From contig CAXXMV010000001.1 in the NCBI GenBank assembly GCA_963662285.2, positions 256,001 through 320,000 on the forward strand: DNA of 64,000 nucleotides, in the 5' to 3' direction. The position numbers and the translations under genes are program-made. Source of the stretch: a bacterium. GTDB lineage: Bacteria; Hinthialibacterota; Hinthialibacteria; Hinthialibacterales; Hinthialibacteraceae. Under the pieces are notes generated by a model, which saw nothing but the letters and a program-made list of their open reading frames with translations, did no database searches and was not told where the DNA came from. Of this stretch, positions 11,401 through 19,307 are shown piece after piece (the first letter of the stretch is position 1; each line of letters opens with the position of its first letter).

Positions 11401-12235
11401 TTACTTGAATTTCCCCGTAGATTCATATTTTACAGTTACACCTCTGGTTGAAGATATTGGTGTAATACCTGCTGGGCAAACAATAACAGTTCCTGTGCGT
11501 GTGGAAAAAAGTCATGAGACGAGTTTAAATCTAGCATCACAGAAAAGATTGTCTTCAATTGATAGAATTGATGAAGATATTTTTGATAAAGGTCCATGCG
11601 AAAAATCTATATCAGGTAAAGTGGTTTATGATTATGTTTGTGTTGGAACAACATGGGTGGAAATCCCTATACCGATTTATGTTTTTGAAATGCTCGAAGA
11701 AATAATCAAAGCTGGTATTTGTACTGCAGATCTTACAATATGTGTTGGAGCATTATCAACACCTGGATCTCAATTTGTTGCTTTACCATTTTGTATAAGA
11801 GGTACTGAATGTTTGTGTAAGTATATGAGTGCTATGACACAAGAATATTCATGTTGTTGGTGCCATATCATCGGATTAAGTACAATTGTTAATGGCAAGA
11901 AAACTAAAATTAATGGCTGGGAAGAAGACCTTTCTCATCCAACAACCGATCCAGGTGAGAAAGCATTAGATTTTATAAAAGTAACTGAAGCGGTAGAATG
12001 CATAAATGATGCCATAAACAAAAATCCTCCTACACCCTCTCAGAAAGAAAAGGAGAGGGAAAAGGGAAATAGAATAAATCGTAGTGGAAGCAGAATTGGC
12101 AGTGGTGGTTCTGTCTATTACTCAAATACATATTTTAGACAAAGTTATGTTCAAGGACCACATAACGGAAAAGGCGGTTATGTATGGCAATCAAAATGCG
12201 GTCCAAAACCCAAATCAACTGACTCACAGAATTGA
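8456..12235 (+). CDS. Large secreted protein: N-terminal 26-aa repeats, FN3/Ig-like, CARDB and carboxypeptidase-regulatory-like domains, Cys-rich C-terminus (likely start GTG 8474)
   Basis: GGAGG before GTG 8474; signal peptide ending VPVPA; YSYRLD..WS..L.EG.HTFEVKA (Ig/Y_Y_Y-like); APDLVVT..WTILNQG..E.NESNN (CARDB); many Cys in the last ~215 aa. Confidence 0.75.
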   Translation: MLEEAAVSEYMRKYTWLELAVYWLLLVMPVPVPAQETGSEYLIPEDSVFDPNTEYGPFWSTNRVSTIFSDHTDTIEQDVTFGPFWGSNRIGVIFSDHADTIAQDITFGPFWGNNRIGISFSDTTDEISEDIDFGPFWGNNRVSLTFSDVTDTITEDLEFGPFWGNNRVSLTFSDVTDTITEDLEFGPFWGSNRISFKFQDQLPPETDILRPVSGTIIYNPKYRFEWIGNDDTTPTVDLQYSYRLDDQNWSDFSLNTSTNSNDLTEGEHTFEVKAKDLDNKEDPTPAIVDFNIDLSAPIITNIEINPLQTNCTITFSTDEPSKALIQYGIDSNTNLLISSTNEWKTEHTITISGLEMVTAYTYTIEIWDQGNHRNITQEGIFETKGAPDLVVTGVMFDTDMVWQEGTLSLEWTILNQGVETAGGERLDAICLSNDKNIGEDVLIAEVSQVDSIAPGETKTFSSNINISNDELNDGIYFLVVTTDVSNKIFEGGNESNNSFINSNYIILREYEAIITRCDVDIAPAGSPVTLHGEALRLSDGELAPNVPVQVAISVRGISRVSETITDTNGEFELVFTPLSMEAGRYQAFAKHPFDLNKNESEVEFSLVGMKASPNQVQYNLITGIPLSATLELSNLGDVPLQNIQKEIRATSNGISLDIQFPAELNGLEITSIPFVIEAMDDVTENSTINISLTSIEGATELVEIETHVTPSQPKLVNYPGVLNIGMIRGSQKFVECELTNSGGAPAENVRIELPQSNLQDWLKLASPDTFSMIEPGETKKIIVALRPPDDMILGPYQGEIIVHYDLNKWIQIPFNFISVSDSKGDLRVNVVDEYTVFGESAPRVIDATVTLMNPADSTTILATSNSNGTALIEDVTEAFYYIDVEADRHYSITRLPLELSAGIVNEATVFLNRELITYRFNVEPAEIEDKYNISIETVFETNVLAPVVTIDPPIGRIILFDDQPTTINFNITNHGLIDAENTYLNFPVDSYFTVTPLVEDIGVIPAGQTITVPVRVEKSHETSLNLASQKRLSSIDRIDEDIFDKGPCEKSISGKVVYDYVCVGTTWVEIPIPIYVFEMLEEIIKAGICTADLTICVGALSTPGSQFVALPFCIRGTECLCKYMSAMTQEYSCCWCHIIGLSTIVNGKKTKINGWEEDLSHPTTDPGEKALDFIKVTEAVECINDAINKNPPTPSQKEKEREKGNRINRSGSRIGSGGSVYYSNTYFRQSYVQGPHNGKGGYVWQSKCGPKPKSTDSQN
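8615..9050 (+). repeat. Intragenic tandem repeat, 78 bp/26 aa, six GPFW units
   Basis: Unit FGPFWGNNRVSLTFSDVTDTITEDLE; copies 8855-8932 and 8933-9010 are identical at DNA level. Confidence 0.92.
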
Positions 12236-14766
12236 ATTTCTTTGATTTATTAGGAATTAGAGGAACTAAAATGAGAAAATTATGTATATTTTTAATATTA
12301 TTTGCGTCTCTTGAGTTCTTATTATACGATTCGATAATTGCGCAGGACGATGATCTCAAAGAAGGGATTTGCGCAAAAATACGGTTGCGAATCGAACAAG
12401 AGGCAGTAATGACAAAGTCCGCATTCAAAGCAACACTAGAAATTTTCAATAACGCGCCTTATCCAATTACAAATATCTTTACTGACTTGTCAATTGATGA
12501 TGCAACTGGAGAGGAAAGTACTTACAAATTTCTTATTAGCCCAAATCATAATAAAAATATACAAACTATTGATAGTTCCGGTGTAATTAATCCAAGCGAA
12601 AATGCTATTATAGAGTGGTTGATAATTCCGAATAAAGAGGCAGCGATTAATGGCCCTGCTAGATATAATATAAGCGGTATCCTTGAATATTATGATCAAG
12701 ACGTATTAGTATCAATTCCTCTTTTACCAGCAGCGATTTGGGTTTTTCCATCTGCAGAATTAGATGTTCATTATTTTCAAGAAAAATATGTCTATTCAGA
12801 CGATCCTTTTACAGAGGATATAATTGAGCCATCCACTCCTTTTTCTCTCGGTCTTTTAATCAATAATGTAGGTAAGGGGAATGCAAACAATGTAAGAATA
12901 TTTTCCTCACAACCGAAGATAATAGATAATGAACGAGGATTAATTATTGACTTTAAAATAATTGATACGCAAGTTGGTTTGGAGCCAGTATCACCTTCTT
13001 TGACAGTCGATTTTGGCGATATTTTGGCAGGCAAGTCTGCTGTTGCTCGGTGGAGAATGACTTCAACATTATCCGGAGAATTTACCGAATATCAGGCGAA
13101 AGTTGAACATGAAGACTATTTAGGAGAACCACAGATCACCAGCATAGATATACACGAATTAATCCATGTAATGCGAATGGATACGCCTGAGTCAGATTTA
13201 TTGCAAGATTATTTAGTGAATGATGTCACTAGTGATAATTTACCAGATATAATTTATTCAAGTAATGGCGCAGTGTATCCGGTAAATGTTGCAAGCAATA
13301 TACTGATAAACGAGTTAAAAAATCAATTATTTTCCGAGATATCTGTAGAATCAACCGTAACGGATGGCTGGATTTATCTTAAGATAGATACACCTGGAAA
13401 ATCTTATAAACTTACTAGGGTAATTCGCTCAGATGGTAAAGAAATCTTGTTAAGTGATAATGCCTGGGTTACTAATCGCGTCATACGTTTAAACGGACAA
13501 ACACCTTATCAAGAAAATCTTGCACATATTGTTGATTACAACAGTACTGGTTCTTATGAACTTTATTTCGAAAATATTGAAATAGTAGGACCAACACCAA
13601 CGCCAACAATTACTCCAACACCAACATTAACCCAAACACCTTTACCAAAACCAGCAATAAATATTTTTGACAGCGCATCTGAAAAAAGTGTTGTCATTGA
13701 ATGGGATATGCCGAACGTTTTGAAGGATGGTGAACATTTTGTTGATTCACATATATATGTCACAATTAATGATGCAACGGAAACTGTATTTTTGGGAAAT
13801 ACTCGTAATGGTTATGACACATCGTTTGAATGGTTTAAGAATAATCCACTGCTTCACGATTCATTTAGAGAAGGTCCAGATTTTTCACAAAATTACTCTT
13901 ATTCATTTTTTTCAATAATCGAAAGTATTGATGATTATAATAATTCTAAAATGAAACATGAAGGCCCCTTTAATACAATTGCAAGATATAAGTTTTCAAA
14001 CCAATATGAAATAGAGGATGTTGATTATGATGATCCTGAAAATCGCTCTATTGTGATTAGTTGGGATATTAATCCAAATTTATTTAATGGTTACATAATA
14101 GATAATTATGCAGTATATGTAAAATCGAATACTCAAAATATGCTCGAATTATTAGGGTATTCTGGAGATAGCAGAACAAACTATTTTATATGGGATACGA
14201 AAAATAAATATGTAATAAATAAATTCAAGGATGGCCCTCAATTTTATAGTATTTATCTCTTTTATGTAAAACCAATTTTTACGAAAGATCCACAACCAGA
14301 ATTTGGACCATATGCAAGTGAAACAAGTATTAAAGTTGAACCAATACTAATAATCACTGATTCAATCGAGTCATACGATGATATATCCGGCAAAGTCTAT
14401 ATTGAAGATGGCAGTGATAAGGAATTAATTTTGAGATGGAACTTCAACGAAAACGAATTAGACTTTGAAAATGTTCAAGATTATCACATTTATGTATCAG
14501 AAAACAACGAAAACTCTTACCAATATTTAGGAAGACCAAACATCAAAGAAAATAGAAAGAATGGATATGTGATATGGAATAAAGTATCTTCATCATATAT
14601 TAGCAAGGAATATATTAACGGCCCTCAATTTAATAAAAAATATTTCTTTGAGTTGTATCCTATGACAAAAAATGGTCAAATTCCTTATTATGGCCCATAT
14701 AAAGCAAACGGATCAATCACATATAATGAAAAATCAACGGATGTAAAAAATTGGGAAATATATTAA
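12232..14766 (+). CDS. Large secreted protein with PT linker, three C-terminal ~100-aa repeat domains and C-terminal sorting-like motif (likely start ATG 12271)
   Basis: AGGA + ATG 12271 gives signal peptide MRKLCIFLILFASLEFLL; CAKIRLRIEQEAVMTKSAF domain; PTPTPTITPTPT linker; three S.VI.W..DYHIYV..LG..W..GPQF..Y.F repeats; ends KS-TDVKNWEIY. Confidence 0.75.
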   Translation: MNFFDLLGIRGTKMRKLCIFLILFASLEFLLYDSIIAQDDDLKEGICAKIRLRIEQEAVMTKSAFKATLEIFNNAPYPITNIFTDLSIDDATGEESTYKFLISPNHNKNIQTIDSSGVINPSENAIIEWLIIPNKEAAINGPARYNISGILEYYDQDVLVSIPLLPAAIWVFPSAELDVHYFQEKYVYSDDPFTEDIIEPSTPFSLGLLINNVGKGNANNVRIFSSQPKIIDNERGLIIDFKIIDTQVGLEPVSPSLTVDFGDILAGKSAVARWRMTSTLSGEFTEYQAKVEHEDYLGEPQITSIDIHELIHVMRMDTPESDLLQDYLVNDVTSDNLPDIIYSSNGAVYPVNVASNILINELKNQLFSEISVESTVTDGWIYLKIDTPGKSYKLTRVIRSDGKEILLSDNAWVTNRVIRLNGQTPYQENLAHIVDYNSTGSYELYFENIEIVGPTPTPTITPTPTLTQTPLPKPAINIFDSASEKSVVIEWDMPNVLKDGEHFVDSHIYVTINDATETVFLGNTRNGYDTSFEWFKNNPLLHDSFREGPDFSQNYSYSFFSIIESIDDYNNSKMKHEGPFNTIARYKFSNQYEIEDVDYDDPENRSIVISWDINPNLFNGYIIDNYAVYVKSNTQNMLELLGYSGDSRTNYFIWDTKNKYVINKFKDGPQFYSIYLFYVKPIFTKDPQPEFGPYASETSIKVEPILIITDSIESYDDISGKVYIEDGSDKELILRWNFNENELDFENVQDYHIYVSENNENSYQYLGRPNIKENRKNGYVIWNKVSSSYISKEYINGPQFNKKYFFELYPMTKNGQIPYYGPYKANGSITYNEKSTDVKNWEIY

Positions 14767-15044
14767 AATATTGAAGCGTGAGAAAACTTCCGATGGAACT
14801 CACATGTGTCTTTTGTATATCTTAATCCAAATTCGTTATCATCACTCCAGAATGAAAAGAAAATTAGTTATAAATCAACTTCGCCTTATATCGCAATAGA
14901 GAGAACGCTATTCGCATAGTTCGATTCGATTCACGTTAGCAATTAACATACAATAAAAAAATAATTTCCATCGGAAATTTACTCAAACCTCCAAGGCATA
15001 TCTCATTCGTAAAGTATTTATAACAAAACTTTTACGAAAAGGAA

Positions 15045-16232
15045 ATGTCACCGCAGCCTGTTTTCCCCCGATTTAATGTCCGCTCGGATTTCTTCTCACA
15101 AATTCTTGATCCGTTTGGTATGATCGATTTCGCATCCGTTTATTCACGGCACAATCAAATAGTCGATTTCATTCTCTTTTCCATACTCTTTATTGGAATC
15201 AGCCGTGTAACACTTACCAAACACTTTAATGGAGCCGGAGGAAAATTGCTGTCTGTTGGAACCGGTATCGTTCTTTCCCTGGCATTAGTGATTATGCAAG
15301 ATCAAATGGGATTTTCACTACTAACCTTTGCCCCGTTTGCCGTATTCCTTCTTTGCATTCTTATGATCTTGATGCTCTTTGTTGTACTCAACTCATTTGG
15401 TATGCAAACCAAGATATCTTTATCGATCTCGTATATTGCAATATACACCTGTCTTCGTGCGTTTGTACCATCATTCTTCGATTGGCTAACCTGGAACGTT
15501 TCATTTGTCGCAGGGATTATGACTATCGCACTAATCATCTCCATTGGAATCATCTTATTTGCGATCATGCCCAAATCCAACCAATCGACATCGTTTGGAG
15601 ATCAGGCAATGAAAATCGCACCAGAACTTTTCCCGAAGATGCAAGAAGCATCTAATTTGATCGATTCATCCAACAATCTCAGCAACCAGATCGATATTTC
15701 AGAACGTGATGTTTTCAAACGCTTAAAGCAAATTCGAAAATTTCTACCCACATTAATGCAGACCGAAGGAGGCCAGGCAGAACTCTTGCAAGCCATACGG
15801 GAGATTAAATTAGAGAACAACGAGATCGTTTCCAAATTAAGCAAGATGAGCGAAATAAACAAAGCCATCGAGTCAGAAGACGTCCAAGTTTTCCAAAAGT
15901 TATTCGGTATGATGAATAAAGTACCCAATAATCAGATGTCAAAAGCGGTCAAGGCATTAAAAGGAGCAAAGCAACGCCTTAATTTGGAATCCGTCATCGC
16001 GAGTTTAGAAAAACGAATCGATGAGATAACAAATAAATTTTCGAAACTCATCGACATCTTGTTCAATGCCGTCCAAAACCGCGATATCAACACCGCCAAA
16101 AGAGCGATTGATGCCGCCATCCAAATGGAAAAAACTCTGCAGCGCATCATCAAGCCTCTGGAAGCGATCGAAAGTAGCCTTAAAGCCTCATACAATAGAG
16201 CCATCAGAATGACGACACCTAAAAAACGCTAA
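15045..16232 (+). CDS. Membrane protein, about 5 N-terminal TM helices plus long C-terminal coiled coil
   Basis: Hydrophobic stretches aa ~40-175, then an amphipathic heptad-rich region; convergent with the cdc6-like gene. Confidence 0.7.
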   Translation: MSPQPVFPRFNVRSDFFSQILDPFGMIDFASVYSRHNQIVDFILFSILFIGISRVTLTKHFNGAGGKLLSVGTGIVLSLALVIMQDQMGFSLLTFAPFAVFLLCILMILMLFVVLNSFGMQTKISLSISYIAIYTCLRAFVPSFFDWLTWNVSFVAGIMTIALIISIGIILFAIMPKSNQSTSFGDQAMKIAPELFPKMQEASNLIDSSNNLSNQIDISERDVFKRLKQIRKFLPTLMQTEGGQAELLQAIREIKLENNEIVSKLSKMSEINKAIESEDVQVFQKLFGMMNKVPNNQMSKAVKALKGAKQRLNLESVIASLEKRIDEITNKFSKLIDILFNAVQNRDINTAKRAIDAAIQMEKTLQRIIKPLEAIESSLKASYNRAIRMTTPKKR

Positions 16233-16351
16233 TCATCATGTTGTTCTGGATCAAAATCCTGCATAAGATGCTCTTGTTGTTCACGCCATATATCCGTAAT
16301 TGTAAAATCTCCTCTCAGCAAAAAAGTGCGATGTTCTTGTTTTTCTTTCAT
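16229..16351 (-). CDS. Possible 40-aa small ORF downstream of the cdc6-like gene
   Basis: Read by hand: MKEKQEHRTFLLRGDFTITDIWREQQEHLMQDFDPEQHDD*; fills the gap exactly; below ORF-track cutoff. Confidence 0.35.
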   Translation of the reverse strand: MKEKQEHRTFLLRGDFTITDIWREQQEHLMQDFDPEQHDD

Positions 16352-16390
16352 TCCGATTCAATTGAGATTGGTATATAAGAACCTTTCGAT

Positions 16391-17653
16391 TTAAGAAAGC
16401 CCGATCAACCGCTTCAAACGATCAAGAATTCTTTCGGTCAAATCTTGATCATTCGAATTATAAATCTCCCGGCTTTTGCCATATCTCCCATGGCTCACAA
16501 CACGTGTGTTTATGAGCGAGTACAAATCAAATGAGGAAATAATATCGGAGAAGCGCCTCTGGCTGATTGGTCGAATTTTGATGGTATTCGCCAAACGTTG
16601 ATATTGCTCGAAAACCTCTCCTGTATGAACGCGATTATTGTTTTTAAGCAAAAGCGAATAACAAGCCGCAAGGGAAATTTTCTGCTGTAAGGGAAGTGAC
16701 TCTGCTAGAGACATCGCCTTTTCATATTCAAGTGCTTTTTCCGCCTCTTCAACCTCACTTACAGTCAGATTGCCCCCTGCTCGTTCGGCTAAATACGATG
16801 ACTTCATCAAAAGTTCAATCGCTTTCCTTGCATCCCCGGAATCTTTTGACGACACTGCGGCAATACGAGCGATAGCGGCTTCATCAACTCGGCTTTGATC
16901 GAGCGCTTTGGCTATCCGTAATTCCAAAATCTGACGAATTTCAAGCGCATGATATGGATTAAAGATAATATCGTTTTTCTTCAAACAGGATTTTGTGCGG
17001 GCATCTAACGAATTCTCCCAATTCAGTCGATTTGTCGAGAAGATATAGATCAACCGGACTCGAACCTGACGCGGAAGACTTTTAACGATGAAGGTCATAA
17101 ACACATCACGATCTACTGATATAGAATCGATCTCATCAAGAAAAAGGATCAATGTTCCTTGTCGCTCATTCAAATAATCGCGGATGCGAGACTGCATAAG
17201 TTCAATGGGAATCCCTTTGAAATACGAGCGCCCCTGCCCAATGCTGATCGCAATCCGGTTCAAACCAGCAAATGCTGTAGTGGATTGAGACAAATCGACA
17301 TAATAATAATCAAGTGGAATCGATTCACGATCAGCGATAAATTTTATAGTTTCCAAGAGAGTGGTAATGGATACTGTTTTTCCTGATCCTGTCACTCCGA
17401 TTGTCAAAAGATGGCTAGGTGTCCGATTATTCAGACAAGGACTGAGATGTTCAGATAATGCTTTGAGTTCGCACTCTCTTACATCACGCGAGAAGATTTC
17501 AGTTAACACCTTAGACCGTTCATCGTCAGGGAGAGCCTCATCATCGAGATAATCCGCATTTAGGATTAACGGTTTTCGATCCTTCGGCAACCGACAAGCG
17601 TTTATAAACGATTCAACACGGTTTTCTTTTCCATGAGCAATTTCCTCGGACAT
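16391..17653 (-). CDS. cdc6: Cdc6/Orc1-family AAA+ ATPase with C-terminal winged helix
   Basis: RECELKAL..L.P.L; Walker A GVTGSGKT; Walker B LFLDEID; FNPY...I.QIL.LR; GDARKAIELL; WH region SQRRFSDIISSFDLYSLINTRVVSHGRYGKSREI. Confidence 0.88.
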   Translation of the reverse strand: MSEEIAHGKENRVESFINACRLPKDRKPLILNADYLDDEALPDDERSKVLTEIFSRDVRECELKALSEHLSPCLNNRTPSHLLTIGVTGSGKTVSITTLLETIKFIADRESIPLDYYYVDLSQSTTAFAGLNRIAISIGQGRSYFKGIPIELMQSRIRDYLNERQGTLILFLDEIDSISVDRDVFMTFIVKSLPRQVRVRLIYIFSTNRLNWENSLDARTKSCLKKNDIIFNPYHALEIRQILELRIAKALDQSRVDEAAIARIAAVSSKDSGDARKAIELLMKSSYLAERAGGNLTVSEVEEAEKALEYEKAMSLAESLPLQQKISLAACYSLLLKNNNRVHTGEVFEQYQRLANTIKIRPISQRRFSDIISSFDLYSLINTRVVSHGRYGKSREIYNSNDQDLTERILDRLKRLIGLS

Positions 17654-17710
17654 GAAATAGAAGAAATAATGGGAATATATAAATGTTATGCAATTTAAGA
17701 GAAGATTAAA

Positions 17711-19009
17711 TTATAACCATAATAAAATATCCTCATCGGAATATTGACTTTTCCTTTCTTTAAAAATTGGTTTTTCGATTAATTCATTTCGAGACTTAAC
17801 TTCACTAAAACGAGGAAGAAACCATTTGATATAGTAGGAATAATTAATTTCAGGATTAAGGATCTTAATAGAAGCCTTTGTTACTTTACCTTCTTTATCT
17901 TCTTCAAAGTCTAAAGGAGCATATCTTTTTTCAATTTTTTCTCTTTCATCTGGTAATAGTTGTCTATTCTTTTTAACATTAAATTCAGGATTTAGCATAA
18001 AATAACCATCCATGCATTCGATACTTAGCTCAACTAAATCAGTCTTGTTCACAATTTTAATATTTGTCATTTCATATGGATCTGTATAATTAAGATAAAA
18101 AGGTGGTTTGTTAGAACGGTCACGTGACTTATTGATCCTTGCTATATCATCGAAAAAATCGCTATAAAGGAAAAATAATTTTTCACATGATTCTTCAAGC
18201 TTAATCGTTAATGGACTGTCATCCCTTGTTAATGGTTGATCGAGTTTAAAGGCATATTTGACTAAATCTGGACCGTTGATAACATTTTTAATCTCAACTT
18301 TTTGTATTTTTGCATGTGGAAGAAAAGAAAAGTTATTTAATTGCAAGTTATAAAAACATGAAGGTCGTTGATCGCCTCTTCCTGTGAACAACTTATCAAA
18401 AGCATTTAAAGGTTCAGTATCTGTATAAATAACATATTTTCTAAAAATCTTCACTGAGCCATCTGGATATATTTTCCATAGATAAGAAATACATGAAAAA
18501 CAGCCGTGCGCGTTCCCGTAAGCAATACTCGATTCCGGTATTATATCTTTACCAATTATACCAATTTCTTTAACACACTCTTCAAGGATATATCTTCCAT
18601 TTTTATTCTTTTTAGTATTTATAAAACGTACATTGAAGGGTCGTTGATATTTAGTATCTAAATCTATTGTTATTTTTTCAACTTTATTTATATATGTATA
18701 AATTCGATTAAATTTTGAATTATTTCGGCTAAGATTAGTATCATAAATTTTCCATATATCATTATCTAAATTATCTAATTCCAAATCACTGATGTCAGGA
18801 TTTTTGGATTTGTATAATTCTTTCACCTTTTCTGTTTTGCATTGGGTTATTAACCAATTTATGAAATTATCCCATGTAATATTTCCTTTCTTTTCAAAAA
18901 TTTCTACAGAAAAATCTAATAGCATCAATTCTAAGAAATCTAATTTTTTTATAAAGCCAGAAGATTCCAATATTAATTTTGCATCAAAAGTGCTCGACTT
19001 GTTATTCAT
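17711..19009 (-). CDS. Hypothetical protein, 432 aa, very AT-rich
   Basis: Long ORF with GGAG RBS; no recognisable motif; co-oriented upstream of cdc6. Confidence 0.65.
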   Translation of the reverse strand: MNNKSSTFDAKLILESSGFIKKLDFLELMLLDFSVEIFEKKGNITWDNFINWLITQCKTEKVKELYKSKNPDISDLELDNLDNDIWKIYDTNLSRNNSKFNRIYTYINKVEKITIDLDTKYQRPFNVRFINTKKNKNGRYILEECVKEIGIIGKDIIPESSIAYGNAHGCFSCISYLWKIYPDGSVKIFRKYVIYTDTEPLNAFDKLFTGRGDQRPSCFYNLQLNNFSFLPHAKIQKVEIKNVINGPDLVKYAFKLDQPLTRDDSPLTIKLEESCEKLFFLYSDFFDDIARINKSRDRSNKPPFYLNYTDPYEMTNIKIVNKTDLVELSIECMDGYFMLNPEFNVKKNRQLLPDEREKIEKRYAPLDFEEDKEGKVTKASIKILNPEINYSYYIKWFLPRFSEVKSRNELIEKPIFKERKSQYSDEDILLWL

Positions 19010-19050
19010 AATTTATTATCTCCTATAAAACCCCGCTCCAATTATTCGAC

Positions 19051-19079
19051 TGAACTTCCTTTGAACTTCACGTGAACTT
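19051..19079. promoter_or_regulatory. Three TGAACTT direct repeats at 11-bp period in a divergent intergenic region
   Basis: TGAACTT at 19051, 19062 and 19073. Confidence 0.55.
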
Positions 19080-19307
19080 AAAATTAATAATATCAATACG
19101 TTATATTGAAAAAAAACGAAAAGATGTTTCACTATAATACAACAGAAAACAAAAGAATGTACAGAGCACTAACGAAAAGGAAAAAAGGAAAATGAGAACT
19201 TTTAATAACTCCTCTCAAGACATAGAAAAATACACGGTTTTCATTCTAGCAACCACAGCAACAAGCATGATCGAAATCGAATTTTGGTTGGAACAGATAA
19301 ATTTTCT

